From positions 1-42,550 of the forward strand of contig JAISRQ010000078.1 of assembly GCA_031273545.1 (NCBI GenBank): a DNA stretch of 42,550 nt, read 5' to 3'. The notes under the pieces were generated by a model, which saw only the letters and a program-made list of their open reading frames with translations, was not told the DNA's origin and made no database searches. Made by a program: the position numbers and the translations under genes. The stretch comes from Holosporales bacterium (GTDB lineage Bacteria; Pseudomonadota; Alphaproteobacteria; BNTO01). Positions 1 through 9,563 of this stretch are shown here, piece after piece (positions within the stretch are counted from its first letter, which is position 1; every line of letters starts with the position of its first letter).

Positions 1-2207
1 ATTCGCACGTATTGCCTAACTTAAACTACCTAAGAGACCTGGGGACTGACTTAGGTGTCGTCCTGAAAACATTCGAAGCAGAGGCCGACTCCAAGTCAAG
101 CGAATCAGGCGAATCAAAAGTCGCATCCCCCGACATCCTTGACGCGCCCCCGACCTGGATGGACAAAAATGTGTTTGAACCAGGGCCCGAATTTGAAGAA
201 TTTTTGTGCGCTCTAGACAGATCTCCCTTCTTTGGAGCAGAAACATCACAAGCCGTTGTAGACAATTGCGCTGTTGGAATGTACCACCTAAGGTACAGCC
301 TACGTGAATTAACGAAGTTGCTGACTTCCGACGTGCGCTTTGGCGAGCAACCAGAGGAATCTACGCGTTCCTGCTCGTACGGAATAATCCTGCTTGGAAA
401 GGCGATCAAAACCTTATTCAGCGAACCATATATGCGCCGGGCCCTTGGGCACCAATTTATGACGACCGTTCCTGAAGGACAGCTTTTATATTGGGATGAC
501 AAGATGTTGAAGGCAGCGTGCGAGCTTTGTGCACAATATGAAGCGTTCACCACCCAAAAGATTAGCTCTTTCCCAGTAGTCCTCCAAGAAAGCTTTAGGT
601 TGCTTGCTCGTGACGGGCTTCAGCAAAATGTGATGAGCCTGATCGCGCAGTCTCAGAACTTTGTTCCAGTCCCTATGGGGTCGGATGGGTCTGCATTGGA
701 GGAATCGATCCGCTCTCTAACGGCAAATATGCGGCTCGTTGTACAACAGTTCTTGAAGCTATTAGAGATGCTTAATTACGAGTCTGTAAGCTTTTTTTAC
801 ATTACTTTGCGCGATTTATTGCTCGCATCAAATTACGAGACTTTGTATGCCATTGATGCGCTTATGAAAAAAGTGGGGCCATACCATATATGGGATCCTT
901 CCTTTAGTTGGTGGGACGGCAAGACAAGTCCAGCATACCCAGCATACGGGGTGAAGGACGCACAGGATTTAAATTCATTTTTGAATATTCAAAGTCAACA
1001 TGTGACTAACTTAGCAATAACGCTAGCAAAACCTGTAATTGATTTACTTACAAGTGACGTAATGTTGACCGCTAACCCGCTTAACAGAGCATTGCTTACA
1101 AAGTGGAAGCGCATTGTTGAACAAGCTGAAGCGTTTCAGAATAAACAGCCAGGAAGCAGCATTGGTACACTGGAAACATTTATTACAACAACACTTAAAG
1201 GCTACACATTAGAAAATGCATTTGAAGAAATAAAACTTGCGGACCTTCAAGAAGAACAAGGCGACCATTTCCTTGAAACGATGCAATACATAAAAAAGGG
1301 AGTACTCGGGAGAGCTGAAGTGCTAACGCGGCAAAAAAATATGAAGAACTACCAAACGTTGGTTCAATATTTTAATAAGAACCTTCGCGGCAAGTTTCCG
1401 TTCTCTCCGCCGTCGTCAGACTCATCCCAAGCGACTGAGGTGGATCCGGATGATTTTAAGGAATTTTTGCTTCGTTTTAATGAATTTGGTGGGTCCCCTG
1501 AGAAAATATTAGACCAAATATATCAGCTTGGTGTAATTGCACAGGATGCCGTTGTGTTTTTGCGAAGGATTGAGGCAATTGCAGCAGTATTTAAGGAATA
1601 CCTATCGGATAATTCCGTTGGACTTCCTGTCATTACTTATACGAATGAGTTTAATGTCAACAGAGACAGAGCCATTGGAACGAACTATGTTGCGGACTGG
1701 ACCATAAAATCCAATTATGAATTTGCGATCGGGCATATGGACAAGGTGAAGCAAACGCAGTGGGTGTATGGATGTCCGACCGAGGTGTCCTTTCGCTGGC
1801 CGGATGTGAAGGGAATGACGGAGCTTCCGTTGAATGACCCAAAACAGGATGACCTTGTTGTGTCTGGGACGACTGCGACGTTTACATGCAAGGGGAAGTG
1901 GAGCTTACTGAGAATGATCCGGCGACACAAGGCGCACAGGGGGGATTATGTGCCTATGTCAAACCCGAATTCGGTTGTGCTTAAGTTTGTTGTTCCTGTA
2001 TCTGAGACGAAAAGTGCGGTTCTGTTTAATACAGTGTCTCTCATGGGGGATTCGACTAACCCGAATTTGCCCGGAAGAATATTAAATTTGCCAGATTTTC
2101 CGACGTTTGCACCAGATTTACCGCAAGATATCGAACAATTCAGGAATGAGGCTGTGCTAAGCTTTGGGGTCGTGAAGGCGGTGTCGATGTCTTCGTTTGG
2201 AAATTAA
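1..2207 (+). CDS. tssM: C-terminal ~730 aa of a TssM/IcmF-family type VI secretion membrane-complex protein. It is partial: the reading frame is open to the window edge.
   Basis: Long ORF with no upstream stop before base 3. 'LRGKFPFSPPSS...DPDDFKEFLLRFNEFGG' resembles the conserved TssM block '(G)RYPF..s...v.l.dF..fF.p.G'. C-terminal 'GKWSLLRMIRR' resembles 'GPWALFRLL' of the IcmF C-terminal domain. A PAAR-like gene lies 6 kb away. Confidence 0.6.
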   Translation, partial: SHVLPNLNYLRDLGTDLGVVLKTFEAEADSKSSESGESKVASPDILDAPPTWMDKNVFEPGPEFEEFLCALDRSPFFGAETSQAVVDNCAVGMYHLRYSLRELTKLLTSDVRFGEQPEESTRSCSYGIILLGKAIKTLFSEPYMRRALGHQFMTTVPEGQLLYWDDKMLKAACELCAQYEAFTTQKISSFPVVLQESFRLLARDGLQQNVMSLIAQSQNFVPVPMGSDGSALEESIRSLTANMRLVVQQFLKLLEMLNYESVSFFYITLRDLLLASNYETLYAIDALMKKVGPYHIWDPSFSWWDGKTSPAYPAYGVKDAQDLNSFLNIQSQHVTNLAITLAKPVIDLLTSDVMLTANPLNRALLTKWKRIVEQAEAFQNKQPGSSIGTLETFITTTLKGYTLENAFEEIKLADLQEEQGDHFLETMQYIKKGVLGRAEVLTRQKNMKNYQTLVQYFNKNLRGKFPFSPPSSDSSQATEVDPDDFKEFLLRFNEFGGSPEKILDQIYQLGVIAQDAVVFLRRIEAIAAVFKEYLSDNSVGLPVITYTNEFNVNRDRAIGTNYVADWTIKSNYEFAIGHMDKVKQTQWVYGCPTEVSFRWPDVKGMTELPLNDPKQDDLVVSGTTATFTCKGKWSLLRMIRRHKAHRGDYVPMSNPNSVVLKFVVPVSETKSAVLFNTVSLMGDSTNPNLPGRILNLPDFPTFAPDLPQDIEQFRNEAVLSFGVVKAVSMSSFGN

Positions 2208-2218
2208 GGAGAGCAGCA

Positions 2219-2437
2219 TTGAAGCAGACGCTAACTGGAAAAGTCTGGGTCTTTGTCTGTGAAGCATCTGCTGCTGTTTGTCCTGGAACTGGTGAGGCAA
2301 ACGTCAACACCATTCCAACACGCTATATAATATTATTTATTATAATATTATTCATATCCTTCATAATTTTCTTCTATTACCTAGCGCATAATGTTGGGCT
2401 CCAAAAAAAGAGGGCGTACCCCACCACCACCCTTTAA
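2219..2437 (+). CDS. Possible small single-pass membrane protein (72 aa, TTG start).
   Basis: AAGGAG at 2206-2211 lies 7 nt before TTG 2219, directly after the tssM stop. Hydrophobic stretch YIILFIIILFISFIIFFYYLA. The last ~11 codons are read out of repeat A1, so the ORF may be fortuitous. Confidence 0.25.
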   Translation: MKQTLTGKVWVFVCEASAAVCPGTGEANVNTIPTRYIILFIIILFISFIIFFYYLAHNVGLQKKRAYPTTTL

Positions 2438-2561
2438 CCCTACCAGAAAAAGATTAATGAACGACTAACGGCAATTTTGTCGTTTTTTAGCATTTACGTT
2501 TCGTTAATCTTCTTATGATAGGCTTAACGGAGGTGGTTGGGGGAGGCCCCTCCCCTTTTTT
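2403..2561 (-). repeat. Family A palindromic element, copy A1 (inverted relative to A2 and A3).
   Basis: The reverse complement aligns along its length with 9194-9341 and 25374-25533. Ends are AAAAAAAGAGGGCGTACCCCACCACCACCC and GGAGGTGGTTGGGGGAGGCCCCTCCCCTTTTTT. It sits between the convergent tssM and MFS genes. Confidence 0.8.
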
Positions 2562-2564
2562 CCT

Positions 2565-2662
2565 TATACCCCCTATCTTCCCAAATGATTGCGAATTTTT
2601 GGGACACCAAAACACTTACTATCCCTCGTCTTATTTTCCACAATATTTTGGGGCCCTGACAT
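2565..2662 (-). repeat. Family B palindromic element, copy B7 (diverged).
   Basis: Reads CCCAAATGATTGCGAA...AACACTTAC...CCACAATATTTTGGGGCCC, matching the reverse complement of the family B consensus. It directly abuts A1 and ends 12 nt before the MFS stop codon. Confidence 0.7.
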
Positions 2663-2673
2663 CAACTTATATC

Positions 2674-3975
2674 TTATTTACTAGACGACTTAATTTTATA
2701 CCCCATAACGACAATAAGGCTCATCAACCCGAAAACGGAAACAATCCCGCTCGTAACAAACGCCGCACGCATCGACCCCCCAAAGTGGTCAACGATTCCT
2801 CCCATCACTGTATCGCAGATAATCGTCGCAATCGCACACGTAATCCAATATACCCCAAGTCCGGTCCCACGAAGACTTTCAGGAACGACTTCATTAATTA
2901 ATGATAAAAATATATTTTGCGTCGTCCCATATTGGATTCCCCACAAAAGGACGCCCAAATAGAACGCAGGCAGCGCATCCGCCGTAGACAGCACAAGGTC
3001 CGCCAATATCAACGTCCCCATGCCAAGGCACAGCAACCAATAGCGGTTCATCTTATCCGCAATCAACCCCACAGGGTACGAAGACAGAGACCAGGACGCA
3101 TTAAAAACCATCATTACCGTAGGGATCCATTTCGTATCCAGCCCAAAAGAAAACCGCCCATACATAGACAGAAAAGTTTCCCCCATTCGTGAAAGAAGGA
3201 ATATAAAATTGACGATCATGAGCTTCCAAAACGTATTGCCAAGAAGTTTCACGTTCGCCGTACTAAACGTTGGACGGTACTTTGGCGCGTAGCTTGGGAT
3301 CCCGGATAGGACGGCAGCATGTTTTATCTGAGGTGGCTCTTTTACTTGTGTAATAAGCAAAATGAAGCCTATAGTTGCAGGAATTACAGTAAATGCAAAT
3401 AAAATTTGGTAGTTATCATTAGTGACATACATAATAACCGCAGCGACGATAGCGCCCCCGAAGGAGCCAAGGGTGGCAAGGCTCCGCTTAAAGCCGTAGC
3501 ATGCGCCAATCCGCTTAGGGGGAGAAATGTCGCCAACGAGGGCACTTCTTGGGGCGGCTTGAACACCGTTTCCGATTCGCTCAAGCAATCTGGCTAGTAC
3601 GACCGCGATGGGCAGCGTGGACCAAATTGCCAACAAATATCTGGCGATGACAATTACACCATAGCCGCCAACCATCAAAACTTTGCGGCGGCGGAACGCG
3701 TCACTTAGCACGCCAGATGCGAGCTTCATGATGTTCGATGTCCCTTCGGCTATCCCCTCTATAAAGCCAACCTTAATCGAGGCGAGGCCCATTCTTTCTT
3801 TCATATATACACCCCCGAAGGCGTATACAATAACAGCGGCAAAGTTCGCACAGAACATAACAATCCCGATTATCCGAACCATCCGTGGAATGGGCGCGAG
3901 CTTGTTACTATCGGAGGAGGCGACTTTGTCGTTAGTGCCGTTTGACGGCTTGAGATGACTCATGTTTGCAGTCAC
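2674..3975 (-). CDS. Major facilitator superfamily transporter (433 aa).
   Basis: About 12 hydrophobic segments. MFS motif-A-like 'GVLSDAFRRRKVLMVGG' follows the second hydrophobic segment. Confidence 0.75.
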   Translation of the reverse strand: MTANMSHLKPSNGTNDKVASSDSNKLAPIPRMVRIIGIVMFCANFAAVIVYAFGGVYMKERMGLASIKVGFIEGIAEGTSNIMKLASGVLSDAFRRRKVLMVGGYGVIVIARYLLAIWSTLPIAVVLARLLERIGNGVQAAPRSALVGDISPPKRIGACYGFKRSLATLGSFGGAIVAAVIMYVTNDNYQILFAFTVIPATIGFILLITQVKEPPQIKHAAVLSGIPSYAPKYRPTFSTANVKLLGNTFWKLMIVNFIFLLSRMGETFLSMYGRFSFGLDTKWIPTVMMVFNASWSLSSYPVGLIADKMNRYWLLCLGMGTLILADLVLSTADALPAFYLGVLLWGIQYGTTQNIFLSLINEVVPESLRGTGLGVYWITCAIATIICDTVMGGIVDHFGGSMRAAFVTSGIVSVFGLMSLIVVMGYKIKSSSK

Positions 3976-4051
3976 ATACCAGGTCTAAACAATTAAGAGT
4001 AGATTAAAATTTGAGGGAAAAATCAAGTCATTATGTAAAAAAAGAAAAGAG

Positions 4052-6469
4052 ATGAAGAAAAAAAGGAACATTCGCCAGCAATTGATAAAGCGTTCTTATG
4101 ATTTGTCACAACGTGTAAGCTCAGATACAAATGATCCGGCATACAAATATTTGACTAAAATAGATATATATGGAAGACTAGATATAATAAGAATCAATTG
4201 GACACACATTATAATGAAAAAATTAAGTAAAATAAAACGGTGTAGTACCATCGTTTGTATGATGGTGTTTTACTCATTTAGTGCAAAAATATCATTTGGT
4301 GCAGAAATTCGCATGCAACCGCGAGAATTAACTGTGCGATTATCCGAACCTCCCAAGAGTGTAGATTGGGGCGATTATAGAACTTTATCCACATGTATTG
4401 AGGAAATAGATCCCACATATAACGTATATGACGGTAAGACCCAATATCCCCATCTTTTAAATAGTAATTTTTTAAAGGTGGTACACAACAAGTCGAGTGA
4501 TTTACAAAATAAGGTATTTTCATCTAGTAATCTGTTTCTTTCTACTGTGCTGGATGCATCTATCGTTAGACAATCAAACAAAATAGCAACATTTATCTTT
4601 GAAACGCTTGCACATCAGGTAAATGGAACAGAGGCACAGGATGCAACTTTTATTAGAAACTTCAAAGAAAAGGTAATAAATTTCTCTATCAGTTGTTTAA
4701 CACCAGAGCTTTTCGGAACGATCCTTCCTGCAAAAGAAGAGGTCACAAGAGCACTAAATGAGCGTTTCGATCACCCATTATGCAATGGATTTGGAAACCT
4801 AAATGGTGAGCTTTCAGCTGAAGAAACAGCGGAACGAATTGCGCTGATTGCAACAGACCTCGCAACATACCTACAAACACTTCTGAGTAGTGCTTTATAT
4901 AAAAAAATGGGGTTAGATTTTTCTCTTTATTTAAATTGGGATAATTTCCGATGGGAACCAATATGTACTCTAACTGACGCAATTCATCCACGGGGTTATG
5001 GAGGACGTGAAGCACCTTATTTTGAAGAACGTTTAAAACTGGACGAGGCCTTGAAAGATAAAAAATTTGAAAAAACTCCACCAATTATACAACTTGCAGC
5101 AGTTGATCTTGCGAGAGTAATATCAAACGTAAAAGAGTGTACAGCTTATCTAGCAGGCTATCCGACAGATTTGCCAATTTTTGTATCGTTGGCTGATATT
5201 CACGGAGCAGAAATTGATTACGGTACAATAAAGCATACGATATCTCTTTTAAAGGAAGTCCACGATAATATCACAGTTGTATTCAACGGAGATATTGAAA
5301 GAAGAGAAGAACCTTATTCTTCTGAGTCTAGATACCAAGCTAATGCCGCTGGGTGTAATAGCACAATTATTGAAACGTGCGATAAACTTATAATCCCGAT
5401 TAAACAAGAATTAGGGTGCAACGTTATTGTTAATATTGGAAATCACGATATACAGGAAGTAAATCGTTTTGTGTTAGCGTTGGAAAAATTACAGCAGGCG
5501 GAAATTCCAGTTATAACTAATCTTAAAAATAGCTTTAATGACAATTTTGAAGTGGTAAGATCGCCTCTTGGACAAAATGTGAAAGAAAATATAGCACTTC
5601 AACCTATGCTTGAACACTATATTATACAAGGTGATACATTAGTATTCCCATATGTAACAGCCTTTATTAAGTATGGAGGAGGGTCGATTTCAAAAATAAG
5701 CTTCGAAAAGTTATTACGTGATCCCTGTCATGAAAATCTAACAAAGTTATATACAAACCAAACTGGAACAGATCAACGCATGTATCCAGAACGACTATTA
5801 CTTGATGGAAAAGTTAACCCGATCGTTTTAGAAACAGCGAAAATATTTCATGATGCACTGATTGCTCTTAACGAAAGAAATCCAGATGGCAGGCTTAACC
5901 TTGTATTGGCGACTCACGAAAGTCCAATAAAAACACTAAAGTTTTTTCAACTTTGTTCGGTGTTATTTCCAGTGCCCAAACATATCTTGGATCGGCTGTC
6001 CATTACTATGATGACTGGACACGACCATTTAATTTTTGATTTTTATACAACATTGCAATTATTTGGTGAAGAAAATGGAAATGTTCTCCCTGTGGACATT
6101 GGTTGTTCCGCATCTGGCAGGGGAATATATGGTCCTACTCCGCATAAAAAATATGGGTCATATGGGGTTATGTCTCTGCATCTTATTTCAGACCTTGTTG
6201 AATTACCATGGAGCTTGACAAAACGAGAGACAGGAGTAACAAGGAGAGCAGGACAGATTACTCCAGAAGAAAAAGAGGCCTTGCTGACGGATGCGTTTAT
6301 TTCTGTATCTTGTACGTACACTAGTAATAAGGGCGAAGGTCAGGCATCTCTCGCAGATATACTCGCAAGTGTTTGTCGCCAACATATCGTTGGAGAGCCC
6401 GTCGCTGAAAAGCTGTGGATATCCACTATACAAATAGATGAACCTTTAGAGGAAGGTGAGCGCCATTAG
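4052..6469 (+). CDS. Secreted or membrane-anchored calcineurin-like metallophosphoesterase with a ~350-aa N-terminal region of unknown function. The likely true start is ATG 4214.
   Basis: All five metallophosphoesterase motifs occur in order: 'LADIHG' (DxH), 'FNGDIERRE' (GDxxxR), 'IGNHDIQ' (GNHD), 'LATHESP' (H), 'TGHDHL' (GHxH). The internal Met at 4214 is followed by a signal-peptide-like 'MKKLSKIKRCSTIVCMMVFYSFSAKISFGAE'. Confidence 0.7.
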   Translation: MKKKRNIRQQLIKRSYDLSQRVSSDTNDPAYKYLTKIDIYGRLDIIRINWTHIIMKKLSKIKRCSTIVCMMVFYSFSAKISFGAEIRMQPRELTVRLSEPPKSVDWGDYRTLSTCIEEIDPTYNVYDGKTQYPHLLNSNFLKVVHNKSSDLQNKVFSSSNLFLSTVLDASIVRQSNKIATFIFETLAHQVNGTEAQDATFIRNFKEKVINFSISCLTPELFGTILPAKEEVTRALNERFDHPLCNGFGNLNGELSAEETAERIALIATDLATYLQTLLSSALYKKMGLDFSLYLNWDNFRWEPICTLTDAIHPRGYGGREAPYFEERLKLDEALKDKKFEKTPPIIQLAAVDLARVISNVKECTAYLAGYPTDLPIFVSLADIHGAEIDYGTIKHTISLLKEVHDNITVVFNGDIERREEPYSSESRYQANAAGCNSTIIETCDKLIIPIKQELGCNVIVNIGNHDIQEVNRFVLALEKLQQAEIPVITNLKNSFNDNFEVVRSPLGQNVKENIALQPMLEHYIIQGDTLVFPYVTAFIKYGGGSISKISFEKLLRDPCHENLTKLYTNQTGTDQRMYPERLLLDGKVNPIVLETAKIFHDALIALNERNPDGRLNLVLATHESPIKTLKFFQLCSVLFPVPKHILDRLSITMMTGHDHLIFDFYTTLQLFGEENGNVLPVDIGCSASGRGIYGPTPHKKYGSYGVMSLHLISDLVELPWSLTKRETGVTRRAGQITPEEKEALLTDAFISVSCTYTSNKGEGQASLADILASVCRQHIVGEPVAEKLWISTIQIDEPLEEGERH

Positions 6470-6473
6470 ATAG

Positions 6474-6527
6474 ATGAGCTACTCGCTTCAGGACCAACAG
6501 GTGAGCTACTCGCTTCAGTACCAACAT
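6474..6527. repeat. 27-bp direct tandem repeat, two copies.
   Basis: atgagctactcgcttcaggaccaacag followed by gtgagctactcgcttcagtaccaacat, immediately after the metallophosphoesterase stop codon. Confidence 0.9.
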
Positions 6528-6586
6528 CTGTTCGTATCAAAAGTCTGTAACCTTTTGGGAAAGTAGGGGTCTACCAAGGCCCCTCC

Positions 6587-8419
6587 TCACTTAATCCGCG
6601 CCACAGCAGCCGCAAGCGCCTTCCCTCCAATAGGAGCAGCTGCACGTCCGCCGCTTTCGCCATGCTCCACCACGACCACGACTGCAAAGCGCGGACACTC
6701 CACTGGGGCATACCCAATAAACAGCGCGTGGTCCTTCAAGTGATATGGCCGCTCAATCTGCTTCCCGCGCGCGCGCTCCTCCTTTGTGATGCGGCAGACC
6801 TGCGTGCTTCCGGTTTTGCCCGCGATTGACAGATTATTGTTGCGTATTGTGAGAGCTGTTCCTTTTTGTACAACAGATGCAAGCCCTTCCCTGACGATGT
6901 TGAACGCCGCCTTGGAGTAGTCCATCGCTTCGGCGTCAACGTTTAGCATATTACTTTCTGAACCCAAAGTAGGGGACCCAACTTCTGAACCCAAACTAGG
7001 GGACCCAATTATATGCGGATAAACCCTTTTCCCGCTCGCGATACGCGCCGTCATGACAACCAACTGTAGCGGAGTCGCAGACAAATGCCCCTGCCCAATC
7101 GCCAAGTTAATGACCTGCCCAATGTCGCGCTTCTGCCAGACCCTTTTGGATGGCGGAATCTCCCCCTTCTTTTCTTCAGGCAACTCTATATTTGTAAGCA
7201 CTCCAAAACCAAAGTCCTTCGCCGCCTCAATTATGCTTTCGCCCCCTAGTTTTACTGCAACATTGTAAAAGAATACATCGCATGACTGTTCCATTGCCTT
7301 GATTATATCAAACGAGCCATGCCCACCATATCTCCAGCGATGACAATGAAACCTGTGCTTATTAACCTCGTAATATCCGGGGCAAAAAAAAGTCGTCTTC
7401 CTAGACACTGTGTCATTATTTAGTGCCGCTAACGCGACGATCGGCTTAAATGTCGACCCAGGTGCATACATCCCCGACACAGAGCGGTTAATTAGCGGCA
7501 AATCCTTATTCCCCAGCAACTCTTGCCATTCCTGCTGAGTAATCGTTTTCGCAAAAACATTTGGGTCAAATGCCGGGACAGATACACTTGCCAAGATCTC
7601 ACCCGTGTTTATGTCCATAACTATCGTCGCCCCACAACGCACATCCTTCATTATGTCCATCACATCCATTTGAAGATCCATGTCTATCGTAAGGTGAATA
7701 TCCCGCCCCTTTACCGGCTTCTTTTCATCAATCAACCTTATCATATGACGCGCGGCATTTACTTCGACCTGCTTTATTCCGATCTGCCCCTGAAGTTCAG
7801 AATCACAAGCGCGCTCGATTCCCATTTTCCCCAAACATGCATCCAGCACCTTTAGGTTCGCATTTTGCTTTATGTCGTTTTGATTTGGCTGCGTAACATA
7901 CCCCACAAAGTGACAACACGCCGCCCTATGAGGGTATACCCGAATAATCTTTGGAAGGACGACTACGCCTGTAATTTGCGAAGACAATGTTTCTATTTCG
8001 AGTATTTCGTTCCAAGTTAGTTGTTCTTTGATGGGAATGACTGATGTGGGCCCAACGTCGTGTACTTGTTTATTTACATAAGTTGAAAAAGGAATACTTT
8101 TATCCAGGCTAAGTTTTTCACACACTATATTCCAACTTGAATGCTTATACTGATTCAGGTCGATCGCCGCCCGATAGCTTAGCCGGGACGTAGCGAGGAT
8201 TCTGCCTTTGCGATCGAAAATTGTCCCCCTAGGAGCAGCCGAATACGTCGTATAAATACGGTTTTTATCAGAGAGTAATTTATATTTATCATTATTTATT
8301 ACCTGCAAAAAAAATAAACGCCCCACCAACAATATAAATATTAAAGCGATAACCCCAAAGCATATGAATACACGTTTGGGAAACAATCTTGGGTCTTTAT
8401 CTTGGTAATTTGTCTCCAT
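6587..8419 (-). CDS. mrdA: Penicillin-binding protein 2 (elongasome transpeptidase).
   Basis: N-terminal membrane anchor. SxxK 'GSTFKP', 'SCDVFF' at the SxN position, and 'GKTGST' (KTG). 610 aa. No rodA is adjacent. Confidence 0.9.
   Translation of the reverse strand: METNYQDKDPRLFPKRVFICFGVIALIFILLVGRLFFLQVINNDKYKLLSDKNRIYTTYSAAPRGTIFDRKGRILATSRLSYRAAIDLNQYKHSSWNIVCEKLSLDKSIPFSTYVNKQVHDVGPTSVIPIKEQLTWNEILEIETLSSQITGVVVLPKIIRVYPHRAACCHFVGYVTQPNQNDIKQNANLKVLDACLGKMGIERACDSELQGQIGIKQVEVNAARHMIRLIDEKKPVKGRDIHLTIDMDLQMDVMDIMKDVRCGATIVMDINTGEILASVSVPAFDPNVFAKTITQQEWQELLGNKDLPLINRSVSGMYAPGSTFKPIVALAALNNDTVSRKTTFFCPGYYEVNKHRFHCHRWRYGGHGSFDIIKAMEQSCDVFFYNVAVKLGGESIIEAAKDFGFGVLTNIELPEEKKGEIPPSKRVWQKRDIGQVINLAIGQGHLSATPLQLVVMTARIASGKRVYPHIIGSPSLGSEVGSPTLGSESNMLNVDAEAMDYSKAAFNIVREGLASVVQKGTALTIRNNNLSIAGKTGSTQVCRITKEERARGKQIERPYHLKDHALFIGYAPVECPRFAVVVVVEHGESGGRAAAPIGGKALAAAVARIK
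6956..7009. repeat. In-frame 27-bp tandem duplication inside mrdA.
   Basis: ttctgaacccaaagtaggggacccaac followed by ttctgaacccaaactaggggacccaat. It encodes the duplicated 'GSPSLGSEV/GSPTLGSES' near the PBP2 C-terminus. Confidence 0.9.
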
Positions 8420-8499
8420 TGAGGAATAACCTTGGGTCTTTATTCTACTAATTTATTTTTATTACTATGACAATTTTGCACAATCATATTTATTTTTAT

Positions 8500-8571
8500 T
8501 TAACACAACTACATTTACTTCAACTTAACGACTATGTTTATTTCAACTTAACACAACTACATTTACTTCAA
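8500..8571. repeat. Three tandem ~24-bp units. Units 1 and 3 are identical, and the array overlaps the 3' end of the PAAR-like gene.
   Basis: ttaacacaactacatttacttcaa occurs at 8500-8523 and 8548-8571, with a diverged unit ttaacgactatgtttatttcaac between them. Confidence 0.85.
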
Positions 8572-8952
8572 GTTAGTAAGGGACACTCCGGGAAAAGCTA
8601 CTTTGATTACGCCTCCCCAGTTACACATAACAATTGAGTCGCTGTTCAATATAGGCATATTTTTTATCAATATGGTCGGACTAAGCGGGAGCCAAGGCGA
8701 CGCCGTCACAGGAATGCAAGGCATAGGGGTAAGCACTCCAAGCGCCGCAGCGGTAGCCGCGATCACCATCGGGTTCGCCATGCTCATGCACATGCCAAAC
8801 GGCATTATGTTCAGGAGGGGGACATGATCCATTATTGTTGCGCCCGGCATGTTTTTGAATAGCGTCATATTCGTCGGCAGGACCATGAACGGCCCAGGAG
8901 CAGCGCCAAATGTGCATTGGCAGAGGCCTCCCATTAATACTGGCATTCCCAT
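8563..8952 (-). CDS. PAAR-like (DUF4280-type) T6SS spike-tip protein, 129 aa.
   Basis: By-eye match to the DUF4280 pattern: 'CQCTFGAAPGPFMVLP', 'NIMPFGMCMSMANPMVIAATAAALGVLTPMPCIP...SPW', 'SIVMCNWGGVIKV'. The size is typical. Confidence 0.75.
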   Translation of the reverse strand: MGMPVLMGGLCQCTFGAAPGPFMVLPTNMTLFKNMPGATIMDHVPLLNIMPFGMCMSMANPMVIAATAAALGVLTPMPCIPVTASPWLPLSPTILIKNMPILNSDSIVMCNWGGVIKVAFPGVSLTNLK

Positions 8953-9040
8953 TGTGTCTCCTGTGTAAGGTTTGGTAGCTTTTGCTAAAATTTAGCAAAA
9001 ATAGATCTCATGCAGAACCTTTTAAAAAAAGCCCGTCATA

Positions 9041-9140
9041 AAAAAAATGGGCCATTTTTTTCGAAAAGGGGAGGTTTTCTTCGAAAAGGGGAGGTTTTCT
9101 TCGAAAAAGGGGCATTTTTTCCGAAAAAAGAGTATGCCTT
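9041..9140. repeat. Five tandem 20-bp units (two perfect, three degenerate) upstream of the PAAR-like gene.
   Basis: tcgaaaaggggaggttttct at 9061-9080 and 9081-9100, flanked by degenerate units. Each unit has a gaaaa...ttttc mini-palindrome. Confidence 0.85.
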
Positions 9141-9193
9141 CTATCTTCTAAAAAAGGATTCGGCCTTCTAAAAAAAGACACTCTGCTTTTATC

Positions 9194-9341
9194 AAAAAAA
9201 AGCTCCACCCCAACCACCACCTTTGACCCTATCACAAAAAGGTTAATGAAAAGTAAATACTAAAAAACGGCAAAATTTCCATTAACGGTTCCTTTACCTT
9301 TTTCTGTTAGGATGTAAGGGTGGCGGTGGGGTACACCCCTC
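9194..9341 (+). repeat. Family A palindromic element, copy A2.
   Basis: Aligns with A3 over ~150 nt (shared core CCTATCACAAAAAGGTTAATGAAA.GTAAAT.CTAAAAAA...TTAACGGTTCCTTTAC). Right end is GGGTGGCGGTGGGGTACACCCCTC. Confidence 0.8.
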
Positions 9342-9563
9342 ATTCTTTCAGCTCCCCCCGCGCCATACGCACTTTTTACTACAATCAACACCGTAAACAA
9401 AATAAATATTCAGAATTATTTACTAAATCCCCGCAACAATAAAACCGCTATCGTAACAAAAACCTATCCACTACACGGCCGTAACAACCGCCTGCCAATT
9501 TGATTTTTCGTAAAAACAAGCTCACTATCTAGACAGTCAATCGTGTGAAATGAGGAAGCCGCT

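Noticed and set aside
2515-2901. A 128-aa ORF on the plus strand.
   Set aside because: It is assembled from the ends of repeats A1 and B7 plus the antisense strand of the MFS transporter gene. ORFs 14726-14992, 24224-24415, 25500-25814, 25771-25968 and 9008-9235 have the same problem: they are read through repeat elements or tandem repeats.
9041-9140. Possible CRISPR array, suggested by regularly spaced 20-bp repeats.
   Set aside because: The units are contiguous with no spacers, they degenerate at both ends, and no cas genes are present. It is a simple tandem repeat.
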